64,000 nt of DNA from a bacterium (GTDB lineage Bacteria > UBA8248 > JACPRG01 > G963555815). Under the pieces are notes generated by a model. The model worked only from the letters and a program-made list of their open reading frames with translations, was not told where the DNA came from and did not search any database. Below are positions 20,095 to 35,158 of this stretch, one piece after another. Each line of letters opens with the position of its first letter. The stretch's first letter is position 1. The stretch lies in NCBI GenBank assembly GCA_965218795.1, contig OZ244653.1, positions 4,992,001 to 5,056,000 on the forward strand, given 5' to 3'. The position numbers were made by a program, and so were the translations under genes.

Positions 20095-20616
20095 ATGAAC
20101 CAGGAGGAAGTCAAAGCGGTCATCGAGACGCTGCTCTTCGTATCGGAGGAGCCCGTCAAGGTGAACGACCTGGTGGGGTTGATGGGCGGACAGGTGGATT
20201 CGAGTGCCGTGGAATCGGCCCTCGCCGAGTTGACGGCGGATTACGAAGACCGCAATCTCCAGGTAAGGCAAGTGGCCGGCGGGTATAGACTGGCGACCCG
20301 GCCTGAGTACGGATGGTGGGTCAAGCGGTGCCTGAAACGAACGACGCGCTCCAGGCTCTCCCCGGCGGCCCTGGAGACCTTGGCCGTGGTCGCGTACCGG
20401 CAGCCGGTCACCCGGGCGGAGATCGAGGAAGTGCGCGGTTTGGATTGCAGTGGGGTGCTCCATACCCTGTTGGAGAAGGATTTGATCCGGATCGTCGGCC
20501 GCCGGAAGGTCGTCGGAAGGCCGCTGGCCTACGGAACCACTACCCGATTTCTCGAACATTTCGGATTCAACTCCCTGCAGGAACTGCCGAAGCTGGGTGA
20601 AGTCTCCAACGCCTGA
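20095..20616 (+). CDS. scpB: Segregation/condensation protein B
   Basis: IETLLFVS, LETLAVVAYRQPVTR, YGTT..FL..FG. Confidence 0.95.
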   Translation: MNQEEVKAVIETLLFVSEEPVKVNDLVGLMGGQVDSSAVESALAELTADYEDRNLQVRQVAGGYRLATRPEYGWWVKRCLKRTTRSRLSPAALETLAVVAYRQPVTRAEIEEVRGLDCSGVLHTLLEKDLIRIVGRRKVVGRPLAYGTTTRFLEHFGFNSLQELPKLGEVSNA

Positions 20617-21347
20617 TGCGACTCGTCAAATGGCTGGCCGGAGCGGGGGTCGCCTCGCGGCGCGGCGCGGGCGAGCTCGTGCTGGCAGGGCGGGTCAAGG
20701 TGAATGGGCGCCCGGTCAAAGAGCCCTGGCTCGAGGTGGACCCGGCCGCGGATCGGGTCCATGTGGATGGCAGGCAGGTCCGCCCCCCGTGGCCGGGTGT
20801 TTATGTTCTTCTCCACAAGCCCCGTCGTTTAATCACCAGCAGAAAAGATCCGCAAGGCCGGGCGACCGTGTTCGGGTGCCTGAAGGGCGTCAAGGCGCCG
20901 GTCCAACCGGTAGGAAGGCTGGATTATGACGTCGACGGCGTACTCCTCCTCACGACCGATGGCCCGTTGGCCCACCGGTTGACGCACCCCCGTTACGGTA
21001 TCGAACGGACGTATCGCGTCAAGGTTCGAGGGCACCCCGATGCTCGCGCCTTGCAATGTCTGTCCAAGGGAGTGGAGCTGGAGGATGGACCGGCGGTCGC
21101 CGAGACCGTCCGCCTGGAGAGCCGGCTCGAACGGGCTGCGTGGATACGACTGACGCTGAGGGAGGGCCGGAGCCACCTTGTCAAACGAATGTGCGAGCAG
21201 GTCGGATATCCCGTATTGAAGTTGCGCCGGATCCGGTTTGCAGGCCTCACCCTGGGAGGATTGAAATCAGGGGGGTGGCGTTATCTCAAGGATCCCGAGG
21301 TTCGAGGGCTTCGCAAGCAGGTCGGCCTGGGTTCGACTGACTCATGA
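20616..21347 (+). CDS. rluB: rRNA pseudouridine synthase (RsuA/RluB family)
   Basis: S4 domain, PVGRLD catalytic motif, scpAB context. Confidence 0.85.
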   Translation: MRLVKWLAGAGVASRRGAGELVLAGRVKVNGRPVKEPWLEVDPAADRVHVDGRQVRPPWPGVYVLLHKPRRLITSRKDPQGRATVFGCLKGVKAPVQPVGRLDYDVDGVLLLTTDGPLAHRLTHPRYGIERTYRVKVRGHPDARALQCLSKGVELEDGPAVAETVRLESRLERAAWIRLTLREGRSHLVKRMCEQVGYPVLKLRRIRFAGLTLGGLKSGGWRYLKDPEVRGLRKQVGLGSTDS

Positions 21348-22282
21348 ATCGATTCTTTTCGCGCCGGTTGATTGGATGGAGTGCAGTCCTCTGTCTGGGC
21401 GTATTGATCCGCACAGGGGCGGGGCAGGAAATCGAAGGCCCGATGAGCCGGGCCCGGACCGCCATGCGGGAGGGACGGCTCGAGACCGCCGAGGCGATTC
21501 TCGATGCGGTCCGGCGCGCTCGCTCGGAGGACCCGAGGCCGTACTTGGCCCTCGGCGATCTGGCCTTCGCGCGGCGCGAGTACGCACGGAGCGCCCAGCT
21601 CTACGGCAAGGCCCTGGGGCTGTCACCCGGCAATCTCAAGATTCTGGTGGGATTGGCGAAAGGGTCATATTTCGCGGGGGATCTCGAAGGCGCGAAGAGA
21701 CGGCTTCGAGAAGCTTTGAACCGAAACCCGACTGATCCCGAGTCACGGGCCTACCTGACGTACCTCGGCGAATCGTTGAACTGGCCGGAGGAAATCGGAA
21801 AAGCCGCCGCCTCGAAACGGATCACCCGGGGTGAAATGGCCGGTCTCCTGGCCGTTCAGATGGCCGACCGGCAGGGGCTTTGGAAGAACCCGTTCACCCC
21901 GGTACTGACCGACATTTCCTTGCACTGGGGGCGGGACCTGATCCTCAACGCCGTCCGGAGGGGATGGATGGCAGTGCGCCCGGACCACACCTTTGGACCG
22001 GGTGAACGGATGACACGGGCGACATTGGCGCAGGTGTTGTACAATATCTTCCGCAGGAAGGGAGTGGGCGCCGGAGACCTCTTTTCCGTGCGTCGACCGG
22101 TGGATATGGCGCCCCAGCATCGCTCCCTGCGGGCGGTGCTGTTCAGTTTGGGGCGGGGGTTGATGCGGGAAACCGGGGGCGGCACGTTTTCCCCCCTCGG
22201 CCCGGTGTCGGGCGTCGAAGCGATCGAGGCCCTGGAGCGCGTCAAGAGACTACTCTATCCGATGGGATTGGAAGGTGGCTAA
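21344..22282 (+). CDS. Secreted TPR-repeat protein with C-terminal SLH-like repeats
   Basis: Signal peptide, TPR helices, 'ITRGEMA', 'TDISLHW', 'FGPGERMTRA', 'FSPLGPVS'. Confidence 0.7.
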   Translation: MNRFFSRRLIGWSAVLCLGVLIRTGAGQEIEGPMSRARTAMREGRLETAEAILDAVRRARSEDPRPYLALGDLAFARREYARSAQLYGKALGLSPGNLKILVGLAKGSYFAGDLEGAKRRLREALNRNPTDPESRAYLTYLGESLNWPEEIGKAAASKRITRGEMAGLLAVQMADRQGLWKNPFTPVLTDISLHWGRDLILNAVRRGWMAVRPDHTFGPGERMTRATLAQVLYNIFRRKGVGAGDLFSVRRPVDMAPQHRSLRAVLFSLGRGLMRETGGGTFSPLGPVSGVEAIEALERVKRLLYPMGLEGG

Positions 22283-22907
22283 CCTTGAGGACCTGAACGT
22301 TCGAAGCGTAACTCGAGGAGAAGCCTTCGTTCGGCGAATCGGCAAGGCGACGGCGGCGGGGGGGATCGCGTGGAGTGTCCCGAACCAGATATCAGTCCTC
22401 CGCATTCTTTTGACGCCGCTCTTTATTACATTCCTGGTTTATGGAATGCGGGTTCCCGCACTCATCATATTCTGCCTGTCCGGCGTGACCGACGCCCTGG
22501 ATGGAGTGATCGCCCGAAGGTATCATCAGGAAACGGCCCTGGGGTCGATACTGGACCCTCTGGCCGACAAAATCCTTCTGGTCGCCAGTTTCTGGGTCCT
22601 ATCGACGATGGGGCTGCTCCCCACCTGGTTGACGATCCTGGTGGTCAGTCGGGACGCGATGATTGTCGGGGGGGCGCTGTACCTGCGGGTATTTGAAGAG
22701 GAACCGGCGATGCCTCCGACCCTTTTGGGAAAGATCACCACTTGCGTTCAGCTCGCAACGATCTTCTGGGTGCTTCTCTTTTACTTCATGGACGGCCGTG
22801 AGGCTCCCTACCTCCATCCTTTCTCGGTGGCCGTCGGTGTCATCACATTGATTTCCGGCTTCCAATATCTCCTCAGGTTCATGCGCCGGGCTGGCGAGTC
22901 CTCCTGA
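22275..22907 (+). CDS. CDP-alcohol phosphatidyltransferase (PgsA-like)
   Basis: 'DALDGVIARR..LGSILDPLADK' signature. Confidence 0.9.
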   Translation: MANLEDLNVRSVTRGEAFVRRIGKATAAGGIAWSVPNQISVLRILLTPLFITFLVYGMRVPALIIFCLSGVTDALDGVIARRYHQETALGSILDPLADKILLVASFWVLSTMGLLPTWLTILVVSRDAMIVGGALYLRVFEEEPAMPPTLLGKITTCVQLATIFWVLLFYFMDGREAPYLHPFSVAVGVITLISGFQYLLRFMRRAGESS

Positions 22908-23003
22908 AATGATCTGAGCGCCCCCGGATCGAGGGCGGGGATCACACCATCGGCTTGTCGCCGGCGTAGTGCAGGGGGAAGGACGGGGGCCGGTTGAACC
23001 GGC

Positions 23004-23525
23004 TTATTCCCCCGGGGGTTCCTCGCTCAGCTTGGCGAACATAAAGATCAAGTCGGCCAGCCGATTCAAGTAAGTCAGCAACTCGGGATTATCGAGCAGG
23101 TCCTCATCCCGAAGCCGGACGGCCCATCGCTCGGCGCGCCGAATGATCGTCGAGGCCAAATGAAACGCCGAAGAGGCCGCGCCGTTTCCGGGGATGACCC
23201 AGTCCGTCACCGGGCTCGCCGACTCGGCATCGGCCAGCCGGTCATCCAGCCACTGTACGTGCGCTTCGCCGATTCTCTCCGACAGCCGGTGCAACTCTGA
23301 GACCTCGGCCGCAAGTTCAGCGCCAATGAGGAAAAGCTCTTCTTGGATTCGGAAAGTATCTTCTTGGAGTCTATCGTCGGAAAGCAGCGCACGGGCCAGG
23401 CCGAGCGCGGCATTGGCCTCATGCACGACGCCGTAGGCCTCGACCCGAACGTGGTACTTGGGGACCCGGCCCCCGTAAAGGAGGTCGGTTTCACCCCCGT
23501 CTCCCCGGCGGGTTGAAATGGACAA
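23004..23525 (-). CDS. pduO: ATP:cob(I)alamin adenosyltransferase, PduO type
   Basis: 'STRRGDGGET', 'RVEAYG', 'RRAER', 'YLNRLAD'; TTG start with SD. Confidence 0.85.
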   Translation of the reverse strand: MSISTRRGDGGETDLLYGGRVPKYHVRVEAYGVVHEANAALGLARALLSDDRLQEDTFRIQEELFLIGAELAAEVSELHRLSERIGEAHVQWLDDRLADAESASPVTDWVIPGNGAASSAFHLASTIIRRAERWAVRLRDEDLLDNPELLTYLNRLADLIFMFAKLSEEPPGE

Positions 23526-23583
23526 GCGACATTCCCCTTCGTTCAATCCATGGCTCACGGAGGAATGATTCCCCCGGATGGGC

Positions 23584-24057
23584 TTAGCGGACCGTCGCCG
23601 GTCCGGCGACGCCCGTCTTGAGTTCCCGAAAACGGAGGGATGCTTGCCGGAGGTAGTCGAGCGTCCACTCGGTCATTTCGAGCGCGGCGAGACCCTCCAT
23701 GCGAACCCAGCGGGCTTCCGCAATGTCCGAGCGGGCGATGGCCTCCCCCGATACGGGCACACAAAGATAATCAATCAAGACGTAGTGGTATCGCACCCTC
23801 CCGTGCTCGTCTCGATCAATCCGGTCCAGTGTGGCGGCGCATTCGAGAATTTCGATCTTCAGCGCCGTCTCTTCTTCGATTTCCCGGTGAAGGGCATCTT
23901 CCAGGCGCTCACCGATTTCGACCGCTCCCCCCGGTATGCTCCAGACCCCCAGACGGGGCGGAACTCCACGACGCACGACGAGCACTTCGTCTCCGTTGTT
24001 GCGGAAGATAAAAGCCCCGACGCCGACGATCGGCCGCGAAGGATATTTTCGGCCCAC
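23584..24057 (-). CDS. NUDIX hydrolase
   Basis: Nudix box GGAVEIGERLEDALHREIEEET; GTG start inferred. Confidence 0.88.
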   Translation of the reverse strand: MGRKYPSRPIVGVGAFIFRNNGDEVLVVRRGVPPRLGVWSIPGGAVEIGERLEDALHREIEEETALKIEILECAATLDRIDRDEHGRVRYHYVLIDYLCVPVSGEAIARSDIAEARWVRMEGLAALEMTEWTLDYLRQASLRFRELKTGVAGPATVR

Positions 24058-24358
24058 AGCGGATATCCCCTCCTGGGTGATGGCATCAGGGGCGGGGGCC
24101 CGCCGGGCCCTCCGGTTTGATTCCGAGCGCCCCCTTGATAGGGCGAACCATATGCCCCGCGGGGATACGGTGTCAATGGACCCTGTGTATTCTGATTTTC
24201 CGCGTGATGGGGGGCAGATTGATATTGACACCCGATAGGCGCGATGATATGAGAGGCATTCTCAAGACTGTCGACGTCATCCGTTTCACCCTCAGGAAAG
24301 AGCGGGAGAAGTTGCCACGGGGCCATGAGCTCATGATAGAATCTGGAGGAGTCGGGGA

Positions 24359-24631
24359 GTGAATAAAAGTGAACTGGTTCAACTCATGGCGGATGGAGGG
24401 GGGATTACCCAGAAGCAGGCGGAAGCCGCACTCAAGTCGGCCCTGGACGGGATCAAGAAGACGCTGAAGAGGAAGAAGAAGGTCACCCTTATCGGATTCG
24501 GAACGTTTTCGGTGAGCAGGAGAAAAGCCAGGAAAGGTCGGAATCCGCGCACGGGCGAGACTTTGAAAATCGCTGCCAGGAATATTCCGAAGTTTGCGCC
24601 GGGGAGTGGATTGAAGGACGCCGTCAACTAA
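24359..24631 (+). CDS. hup: DNA-binding protein HU
   Basis: [19 protein letters not shown]. Confidence 0.95.
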   Translation: MNKSELVQLMADGGGITQKQAEAALKSALDGIKKTLKRKKKVTLIGFGTFSVSRRKARKGRNPRTGETLKIAARNIPKFAPGSGLKDAVN

Positions 24632-24660
24632 GACGTATCCGCCATCGGGTTTCAACCGGA

Positions 24661-24701
24661 AAGGGCAGGCACCTGGAGCAGGTGGCCTGCCTTTTCTTCT
24701 T
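24661..24701 (+). terminator. Intrinsic terminator after HU
   Basis: GGGCAGGCACCT...AGGTGGCCTGCCTTTTCTT. Confidence 0.6.
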
Positions 24702-24737
24702 AAGACGCCGGAGGCGTTCGAAGGGGACCGTATTGCA

Positions 24738-25964
24738 TTGGACGTGGACGCTCAACTCGCTCTGCTGACCCGCGGGGTGGCGGAAGTCATCTCGGAGGAG
24801 GAGCTTCGGAAGAAGTTGGCCGAGGGGCGCCCTCTTCGGGTCAAGGCGGGGTTTGATCCGACGGCCCCGGACCTTCATCTCGGGCATACCGTCCTGATTC
24901 AGAAGTTGCGGCACTTTCAGGATTTGGGCCACCACGTTCTGTTTCTGATCGGCGACTTCACCGCGCGGATCGGAGACCCCAGCGGCGTATCCGAAACCCG
25001 CCCCCAGTTGACCGAATCTCAGATCCAGGAGAACACCCGGACGTACGAGGGGCAGGTCTTCAAAATTCTGGATGCGACCAAGACCGAAGTCGTGTTCAAC
25101 CATGCCTGGCTCGACCGGTTGTGCGCGGCGGACATTGTCCGCTTGTCGTCCAAGCAGACCGTCGCCCGGATGCTCGAGCGGGATGATTTCAGAAAGCGCT
25201 ACGAGGATGGTCGGCCCATCGGCATCCATGAATTTCTGTACCCCCTGCTCCAAGGCTACGATTCCGTGGAACTTGGCGCGGACGTGGAGCTCGGTGGAAC
25301 GGATCAAAAATTCAATCTGCTCGTGGGCAGGGATCTTCAGCGGGACCGGGGCCAGGATCCGCAGGTTGTGATCACAATGCCGCTTCTGGTCGGCACGGAC
25401 GGGCAGCGCAAGATGAGCAAGAGCCTCGGCAATCATATCGGCATCGATGAGCCGGCCGGAGAGATGTACGGGAAGGTCATGTCGATTTCCGATGAACTGA
25501 TGTGGGATTACCATGAGCTGTTGAGTGACCGGGGGGCGGAGGAAATCGCAACCCTGCGAAATGCGACCGGGGGAGGGGCCCGGAACCCCCGCGACGTCAA
25601 GGCCGATCTGGCGGCGGAGCTTACGGCCAGGTTTCACGGTCCGGAAGCGGCTGAGCAGGCCGCGGAATCATTTGTCGCCCGGTTCCGTCGGCATGAGACG
25701 CCCGATGAAATGGCCGAGCCGAGAATGTCGGTTCGCATGGAAGGGGGCAAAGCTTGGCTTTGCGAGGTGCTGGCCCGGGGCGGACTGGTCAAGAGCACAA
25801 GCGAAGGCCGACGGATGATCGGGCAGGGAGCCGTCCGGGTAGACGGGGAGAGGATGACGGATCCGGATCTATGGCTGGAACTGAACGCCCCCCGCGTGGT
25901 TCAAGTCGGGAAACGCAGGTTCGCCCGGATTTTGCCCGAAAATGTAACCGCTGAGCAGAAGTAG
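24738..25964 (+). CDS. tyrS: Tyrosyl-tRNA synthetase
   Basis: HLGH, KMSKS, C-terminal S4 domain. Confidence 0.96.
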   Translation: MDVDAQLALLTRGVAEVISEEELRKKLAEGRPLRVKAGFDPTAPDLHLGHTVLIQKLRHFQDLGHHVLFLIGDFTARIGDPSGVSETRPQLTESQIQENTRTYEGQVFKILDATKTEVVFNHAWLDRLCAADIVRLSSKQTVARMLERDDFRKRYEDGRPIGIHEFLYPLLQGYDSVELGADVELGGTDQKFNLLVGRDLQRDRGQDPQVVITMPLLVGTDGQRKMSKSLGNHIGIDEPAGEMYGKVMSISDELMWDYHELLSDRGAEEIATLRNATGGGARNPRDVKADLAAELTARFHGPEAAEQAAESFVARFRRHETPDEMAEPRMSVRMEGGKAWLCEVLARGGLVKSTSEGRRMIGQGAVRVDGERMTDPDLWLELNAPRVVQVGKRRFARILPENVTAEQK

Positions 25965-26181
25965 GGATCCTTGGAGCCGGTATCTGCAATTTGGACGAAT
26001 CGATTTTTCCTGACTCTTGATTTGATTTTACGATAACGGATCGAAAACGATTGCTTCCCAATACTCCACGAATCGCTCAAACTCATGGTTTTTTTTGGAA
26101 AGAGAGTGGCATGGCAGTGGGGCGAGGGTTATATTTTTGGAGGCCCAGGAGGGGGCGGGATTCACCTGGGCCAAAAAAGGG

Positions 26182-26255
26182 TTGACAAAGGAAGGTAATC
26201 CTTCCAAAATACGAAATGCCTGAAATCAATCTGTCGTATCGTTCTTTGACAACGA
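26182..26255 (+). promoter_or_regulatory. rrn promoter and boxA-like antiterminator
   Basis: TTGACA-17nt-CAAAAT; GTTCTTTGACAA at 26241, repeated at 28414 before 23S. Confidence 0.65.
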
Positions 26256-26344
26256 AATAGGGTACATCGCAGTCCAACGGGTTCCTTTGAGCAGTACAAT
26301 TCGGATGGGCCGTTATGGTCTGTCTGAAAGCAAACTCGCAGTTC

Positions 26345-27910
<1,566 letters not shown>

Positions 27911-28155
27911 TAGCCAAGCGTCCCGTCGAACTGCCCGAGGGGCTGAGTACCTCCTCTTTCTTGAGGATGAGGAAAGGTTCCGACGAAGGCGAAAAGGTCA
28001 GGGGGACGGCTACACCAAGGTCGATACCCCGCGGGCTGCGATGTCCCTGTTCTAATTCTTCCGTCGCTCTACGAGAAGGTCGAAACGGCCGGTCGCGAGA
28101 GGCAACAGCGGCCCGGATCACCGAAAGGTCTGGCGGCATTTCGGTGATTTGCATT

Positions 28156-28232
<77 letters not shown>

Positions 28233-28245
28233 TTACGGACCAAAG

Positions 28246-28321
28246 GGGGGTGTAGCTCAGCTGGGAGAGCGCCTGCCTTGCACGCAGGAGGCCAGCGGTT
28301 CAAATCCGCTCACCTCCACCA
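28246..28321 (+). tRNA. tRNA-Ala (TGC)
   Basis: Cloverleaf, loop TTTGCAC, CCA end. Confidence 0.97.
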
Positions 28322-28485
28322 ACCGCTACCCGTCGGAAGACCGACTGGAGAGACGGCTCTGATTGCGATGCGACGGAAAATTTTTGGCATCCTGCCCCAA
28401 GGTGGGTGCCATTGTTCTTTGACAATTGAATAGCGTGAAGCCACTGAAGGCAATTGCACTGAGGCGGGATCATCGAGTTTTTCAT

Positions 28486-31511
<3,026 letters not shown>

Positions 31512-31613
31512 ATGATGGCTTTGTCCATCCTTCCTGCCCGCTGGCATTTGCCGACGGAAACTTCGCGCTATTCAATGTCCCCCGGAAGTCCGAACCTCCG
31601 GGGGATCCCCTTT

Positions 31614-31731
<118 letters not shown>

Positions 31732-31743
31732 ATTTTTTTTGAT

Positions 31744-31780
31744 GGCCCTGTCCTCGTCCCGAGGATGGGGCCCTTTTTTG
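31744..31780 (+). terminator. rrn terminator
   Basis: GGCCCTGTCCTCG..CGAGGATGGGGCC followed by T-run. Confidence 0.75.
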
Positions 31781-32108
31781 GCTTGGCCCGTTGCCTATGA
31801 ATCAGAATCGGGCAGGTATAGAAAACCCTCTGTTCTGACAATATGGAGTTGACCCGGTTTCGTGGACGGCGAAGGGCTTGTCGTGACAGGAATAGGATTT
31901 CCCGTTAAGATGGTGACGGTTTTCAGGAACCCCGTCGGAAATCTCAGACGTCGCCAGCGTGGCGGAGGGCACGGGCTCGCTTCAGGAGGGCCGAGGCGTT
32001 GTTTTCCAAGACCTCGATTGGGAGGCTCTGCCGGGTGGTCCCGGACAGAGCGGCGCTCGCTCGCTCCGTTGCCTCCACGCAGGGGTCCATTCGTGAAAGG
32101 AGACAAAG

Positions 32109-33164
32109 ATGAGAACTCGTGCGAACTCGCTTTCTCGGACGGGCATCCTGTTGGCAGCGTTCTTACAGATGGGCCTGTTCGGCGCCTTTCCGGTTCATGC
32201 GGAAATGACCGAACTGGCTTATACGGAGAACTGGGTCCTGGGGGCCGAACACATCGGCGATTTTACGGCGCTGGCCAAGGGCTTCTACGAAGCGGAAGGG
32301 CTGAAGGTCAAGATCACCCGGGGCTATGGATCGGCGGACGCAGTGAAGCGTGTTGCTGCAGGGGCGACTAAGATCTCCCGCTCGGCGGCAGAATCGGTAA
32401 TCTCCGGCCGGGCGGCGGGTGCCAAGATCAAGATCATTTTTGTCACCTTTCACAAGGGACCCTACGCAACTGTTTACTTGAAAGGGAAAGGGATCTTACG
32501 GCCAAAGGACCTGGAAGGACGCAAGATCGCCCAAACAGCGGGGGCCTCCAGCACGAAGTTGTGGCCGGCCTACGGCAAGGTCGCTGGATTCGATGCATCG
32601 AAAATCGTCAACATCTACATGGGAGGGGCCGCCTACGTCCCGAGCCTGATTGCGGGAAAAGTAGACGCCACGTCAGCTTGGCTGGTCAACCTCCCAGCCT
32701 ACCAAAAAGCGGCGGCGCAGGCGGGCTTGAGCGGAAGACTGGGAACCTTCCTGTGGGCGGACTATGGACTGCAGCTCTACGGGTCGGTGGTCATCGCCTC
32801 TGACCAACTCATCGAATCAGAATCCGATCTGGTCCGTCGGTACACGCGCGCCGCCATGCGGGGGTTCACATATGCCATCAATCACCCCCAGGAGGGGATT
32901 GACGCCTGGATGAAGTACAACGTGGGGCGGGCGCGAGAGGTGATCGAGGGTGAGTTTCGGCTCGTGTTGAAGCTGACCTTCGACGATCTGTTCAAGAAGA
33001 ACGGCCTGGGTTACGCCGATCCGGGAAAAATGAAAAGCGCGGTCGGGCTGGTCAGGAAACACCTCGGATTGAAGGGGCCACTGAACTCGCGGGACACCTT
33101 CACGAACAAATTCATCGAGGCGACTCCCCGGGCCTGGCGGTTCCCGAAGCGGACGAAGATGTAA
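32109..33164 (+). CDS. Orphan ABC substrate-binding protein, NMT1/THI5-like
   Basis: Signal peptide; 'AKGFYEAEGL', 'PKDLEGRK', 'DLVRRYTRA'. Confidence 0.88.
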   Translation: MRTRANSLSRTGILLAAFLQMGLFGAFPVHAEMTELAYTENWVLGAEHIGDFTALAKGFYEAEGLKVKITRGYGSADAVKRVAAGATKISRSAAESVISGRAAGAKIKIIFVTFHKGPYATVYLKGKGILRPKDLEGRKIAQTAGASSTKLWPAYGKVAGFDASKIVNIYMGGAAYVPSLIAGKVDATSAWLVNLPAYQKAAAQAGLSGRLGTFLWADYGLQLYGSVVIASDQLIESESDLVRRYTRAAMRGFTYAINHPQEGIDAWMKYNVGRAREVIEGEFRLVLKLTFDDLFKKNGLGYADPGKMKSAVGLVRKHLGLKGPLNSRDTFTNKFIEATPRAWRFPKRTKM

Positions 33165-33357
33165 CTCATCCATCGACGGGCGCGCGTTCCCGGTTCATTC
33201 GGCTTTCATTCCAGGGACTCATCTCGTCCCCAGCGGGGGGTGCGGGCCGCTCTTTTCCCGGTTGGCCCGCGCACACAGGGCATTCGCGGGGTATCGAGGC
33301 GCGGGAACGTCTTTCTTCGTCTCCCTGATCCATTCACGGCCGAGGATGTATAACGCG

Positions 33358-35127
33358 ATGAGCGCGAGTCTGTACGGCTCCGATGTGATCGTCGAACTCC
33401 TGCGACGCCTCGGAATCGAGTTTGCGGCGCTCAATCCCGGCGCTACCTTCCGGGGCCTTCAGGATTCCCTCGTCAACTTTCCTCCCGGGCTGGGAGACGG
33501 TCACCGCCCGCCGGAGCTGATCCAGTGCCTCCACGAGGAGATATCCGTCTCCCTCGCTCATGGGTACGCCAAGGCGGCGGGGAAGCCCATGGTCGCCTGC
33601 CTGCACGACATCGTGGGCCTTCAGCACGGAACCATGGCAATCTTCAACGCTTGGTGCGACCGTGCGCCCATTCTGCTGCTCGGCGGCGGCGGACCGATGG
33701 ACCTCACGCGTCGGAGGCCTTGGATCGACTGGATCCACACCGCCCTCGTCCAGGGTTCCCTGGTCCGCGATTACGTCAAGTGGGACGATCAGCCCGCGAA
33801 CCTCGCCAGTGTGCCGGAATCCCTCTTGCGGGCTTACCGGGTGATGCTCACCGACCCGCCCGGGCCCGTTTACGTCTGCTTCGATGCTGATATTCAGGAG
33901 GATGCGGTCGACGGCCTCCCCGAGCTTCCCGACACCGATCGATACGCTCCCCCGCCGGCCCCATTGCCGGAGGAGGACCGGCTGGAGGAACTGGCGGAAC
34001 GGCTGGTGCAGTCTGACTTTCCCGTCCTCGTGGCCGAGTTCCTGGGTCGTGAGCCGGAATCGGTATCCGCCCTCGTCGAGCTGGCGGAAGTCCTCGGAGC
34101 GCCGGTTCTGGATCACGGCAGCCGGTTCAACTTCCCCTCGAACCATCCCATGGATTTCACCGGCGCCGCCGGGCAGGTTCTCCCCAGAGCCGATTTCGTC
34201 CTCGCGCTCGATACCCCGGACTTGTTCCGCGCGCTGACGACCCAGGACAAAGCGACCCGGGAAACCGACTTCCGGCTCCGGGAGGGATGCCGAATTGCGC
34301 ACATCTCCATCTTCGATTTGTCGATACGCGCCTGGTCCACCGATTATCAACGTCTTCCGCCGGTCGATTTTCCGCTGGGGGGAAGCGCCGCGCGCGCCGT
34401 GGCACCGCTCGTTCGGATGGTCCGGGAAAAGCTGGAGAAGAACGCCGCCCGCAGGGAGGCCGCTAGGGATCGGTTCGGCAAGGTCCAGGCGGAGGGGGTG
34501 GAGATCCGCCGTGGATGGGTGAACGCGGCGCGGGAGGCCTGGACGGAAACGCCCATCGCTCTCCCCCGTCTGGCCGGCGAGCTCTGGCGATTCCTGAAAG
34601 AGGAGGACTGGGTCCTCACCAACGGCACCCTCTTCGGCTGGGAGCGGAGGATGTGGGACTTCAACGCCACCCACCGGACCATCGGCCACAGCGGGGGGGC
34701 CGGACTCGGATACGGAATGGGCGCCTCGATTGGCGCCGCCCTGGCGCATCGCGGGAGCGGCCGGCTTTGCGTCAACCTTCAGTCCGACGGAGACCTCCTC
34801 TACACGCCTTCCGCCCTGTGGACGGCCGTTCACCATGAGATTCCCCTTCTCACAGTTGTGGTGAACAACCGGACGTACTACAACTCCGAGGAGCACGCCC
34901 TGGCCATGGCCGGACAGCGGGACCGCCCGGCTGGGCGCGCGGGCATTGGCACGCGGATCGAGCATCCGAGCGTCAGCTTCCCCCGGCTTGCCGAATCGTT
35001 CGGCCTTGCGGCGTTTGGCCCTGTGGAGGAGCCGGACGATCTGGCCCGGACTCTCGAAAAGGCCATTGCAATCGTCAAAACGGAACAAAGACCGGCTGTT
35101 GTGGACGTTGTGACCAGAGCCCGATAG
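33358..35127 (+). CDS. Thiamine pyrophosphate-dependent enzyme
   Basis: 'HEEISVSLAHGY', TPP motif 'SDGD..VNNRTY'. Confidence 0.9.
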   Translation: MSASLYGSDVIVELLRRLGIEFAALNPGATFRGLQDSLVNFPPGLGDGHRPPELIQCLHEEISVSLAHGYAKAAGKPMVACLHDIVGLQHGTMAIFNAWCDRAPILLLGGGGPMDLTRRRPWIDWIHTALVQGSLVRDYVKWDDQPANLASVPESLLRAYRVMLTDPPGPVYVCFDADIQEDAVDGLPELPDTDRYAPPPAPLPEEDRLEELAERLVQSDFPVLVAEFLGREPESVSALVELAEVLGAPVLDHGSRFNFPSNHPMDFTGAAGQVLPRADFVLALDTPDLFRALTTQDKATRETDFRLREGCRIAHISIFDLSIRAWSTDYQRLPPVDFPLGGSAARAVAPLVRMVREKLEKNAARREAARDRFGKVQAEGVEIRRGWVNAAREAWTETPIALPRLAGELWRFLKEEDWVLTNGTLFGWERRMWDFNATHRTIGHSGGAGLGYGMGASIGAALAHRGSGRLCVNLQSDGDLLYTPSALWTAVHHEIPLLTVVVNNRTYYNSEEHALAMAGQRDRPAGRAGIGTRIEHPSVSFPRLAESFGLAAFGPVEEPDDLARTLEKAIAIVKTEQRPAVVDVVTRAR

Positions 35128-35158
35128 GCGGCTGTTTCGGCGAGAGGGGAGAGCCTGA

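Noticed and set aside
31850-32105. Possible riboswitch before the NMT1-like SBP
   Set aside because: No TPP or other aptamer consensus recognisable; needs an Rfam scan
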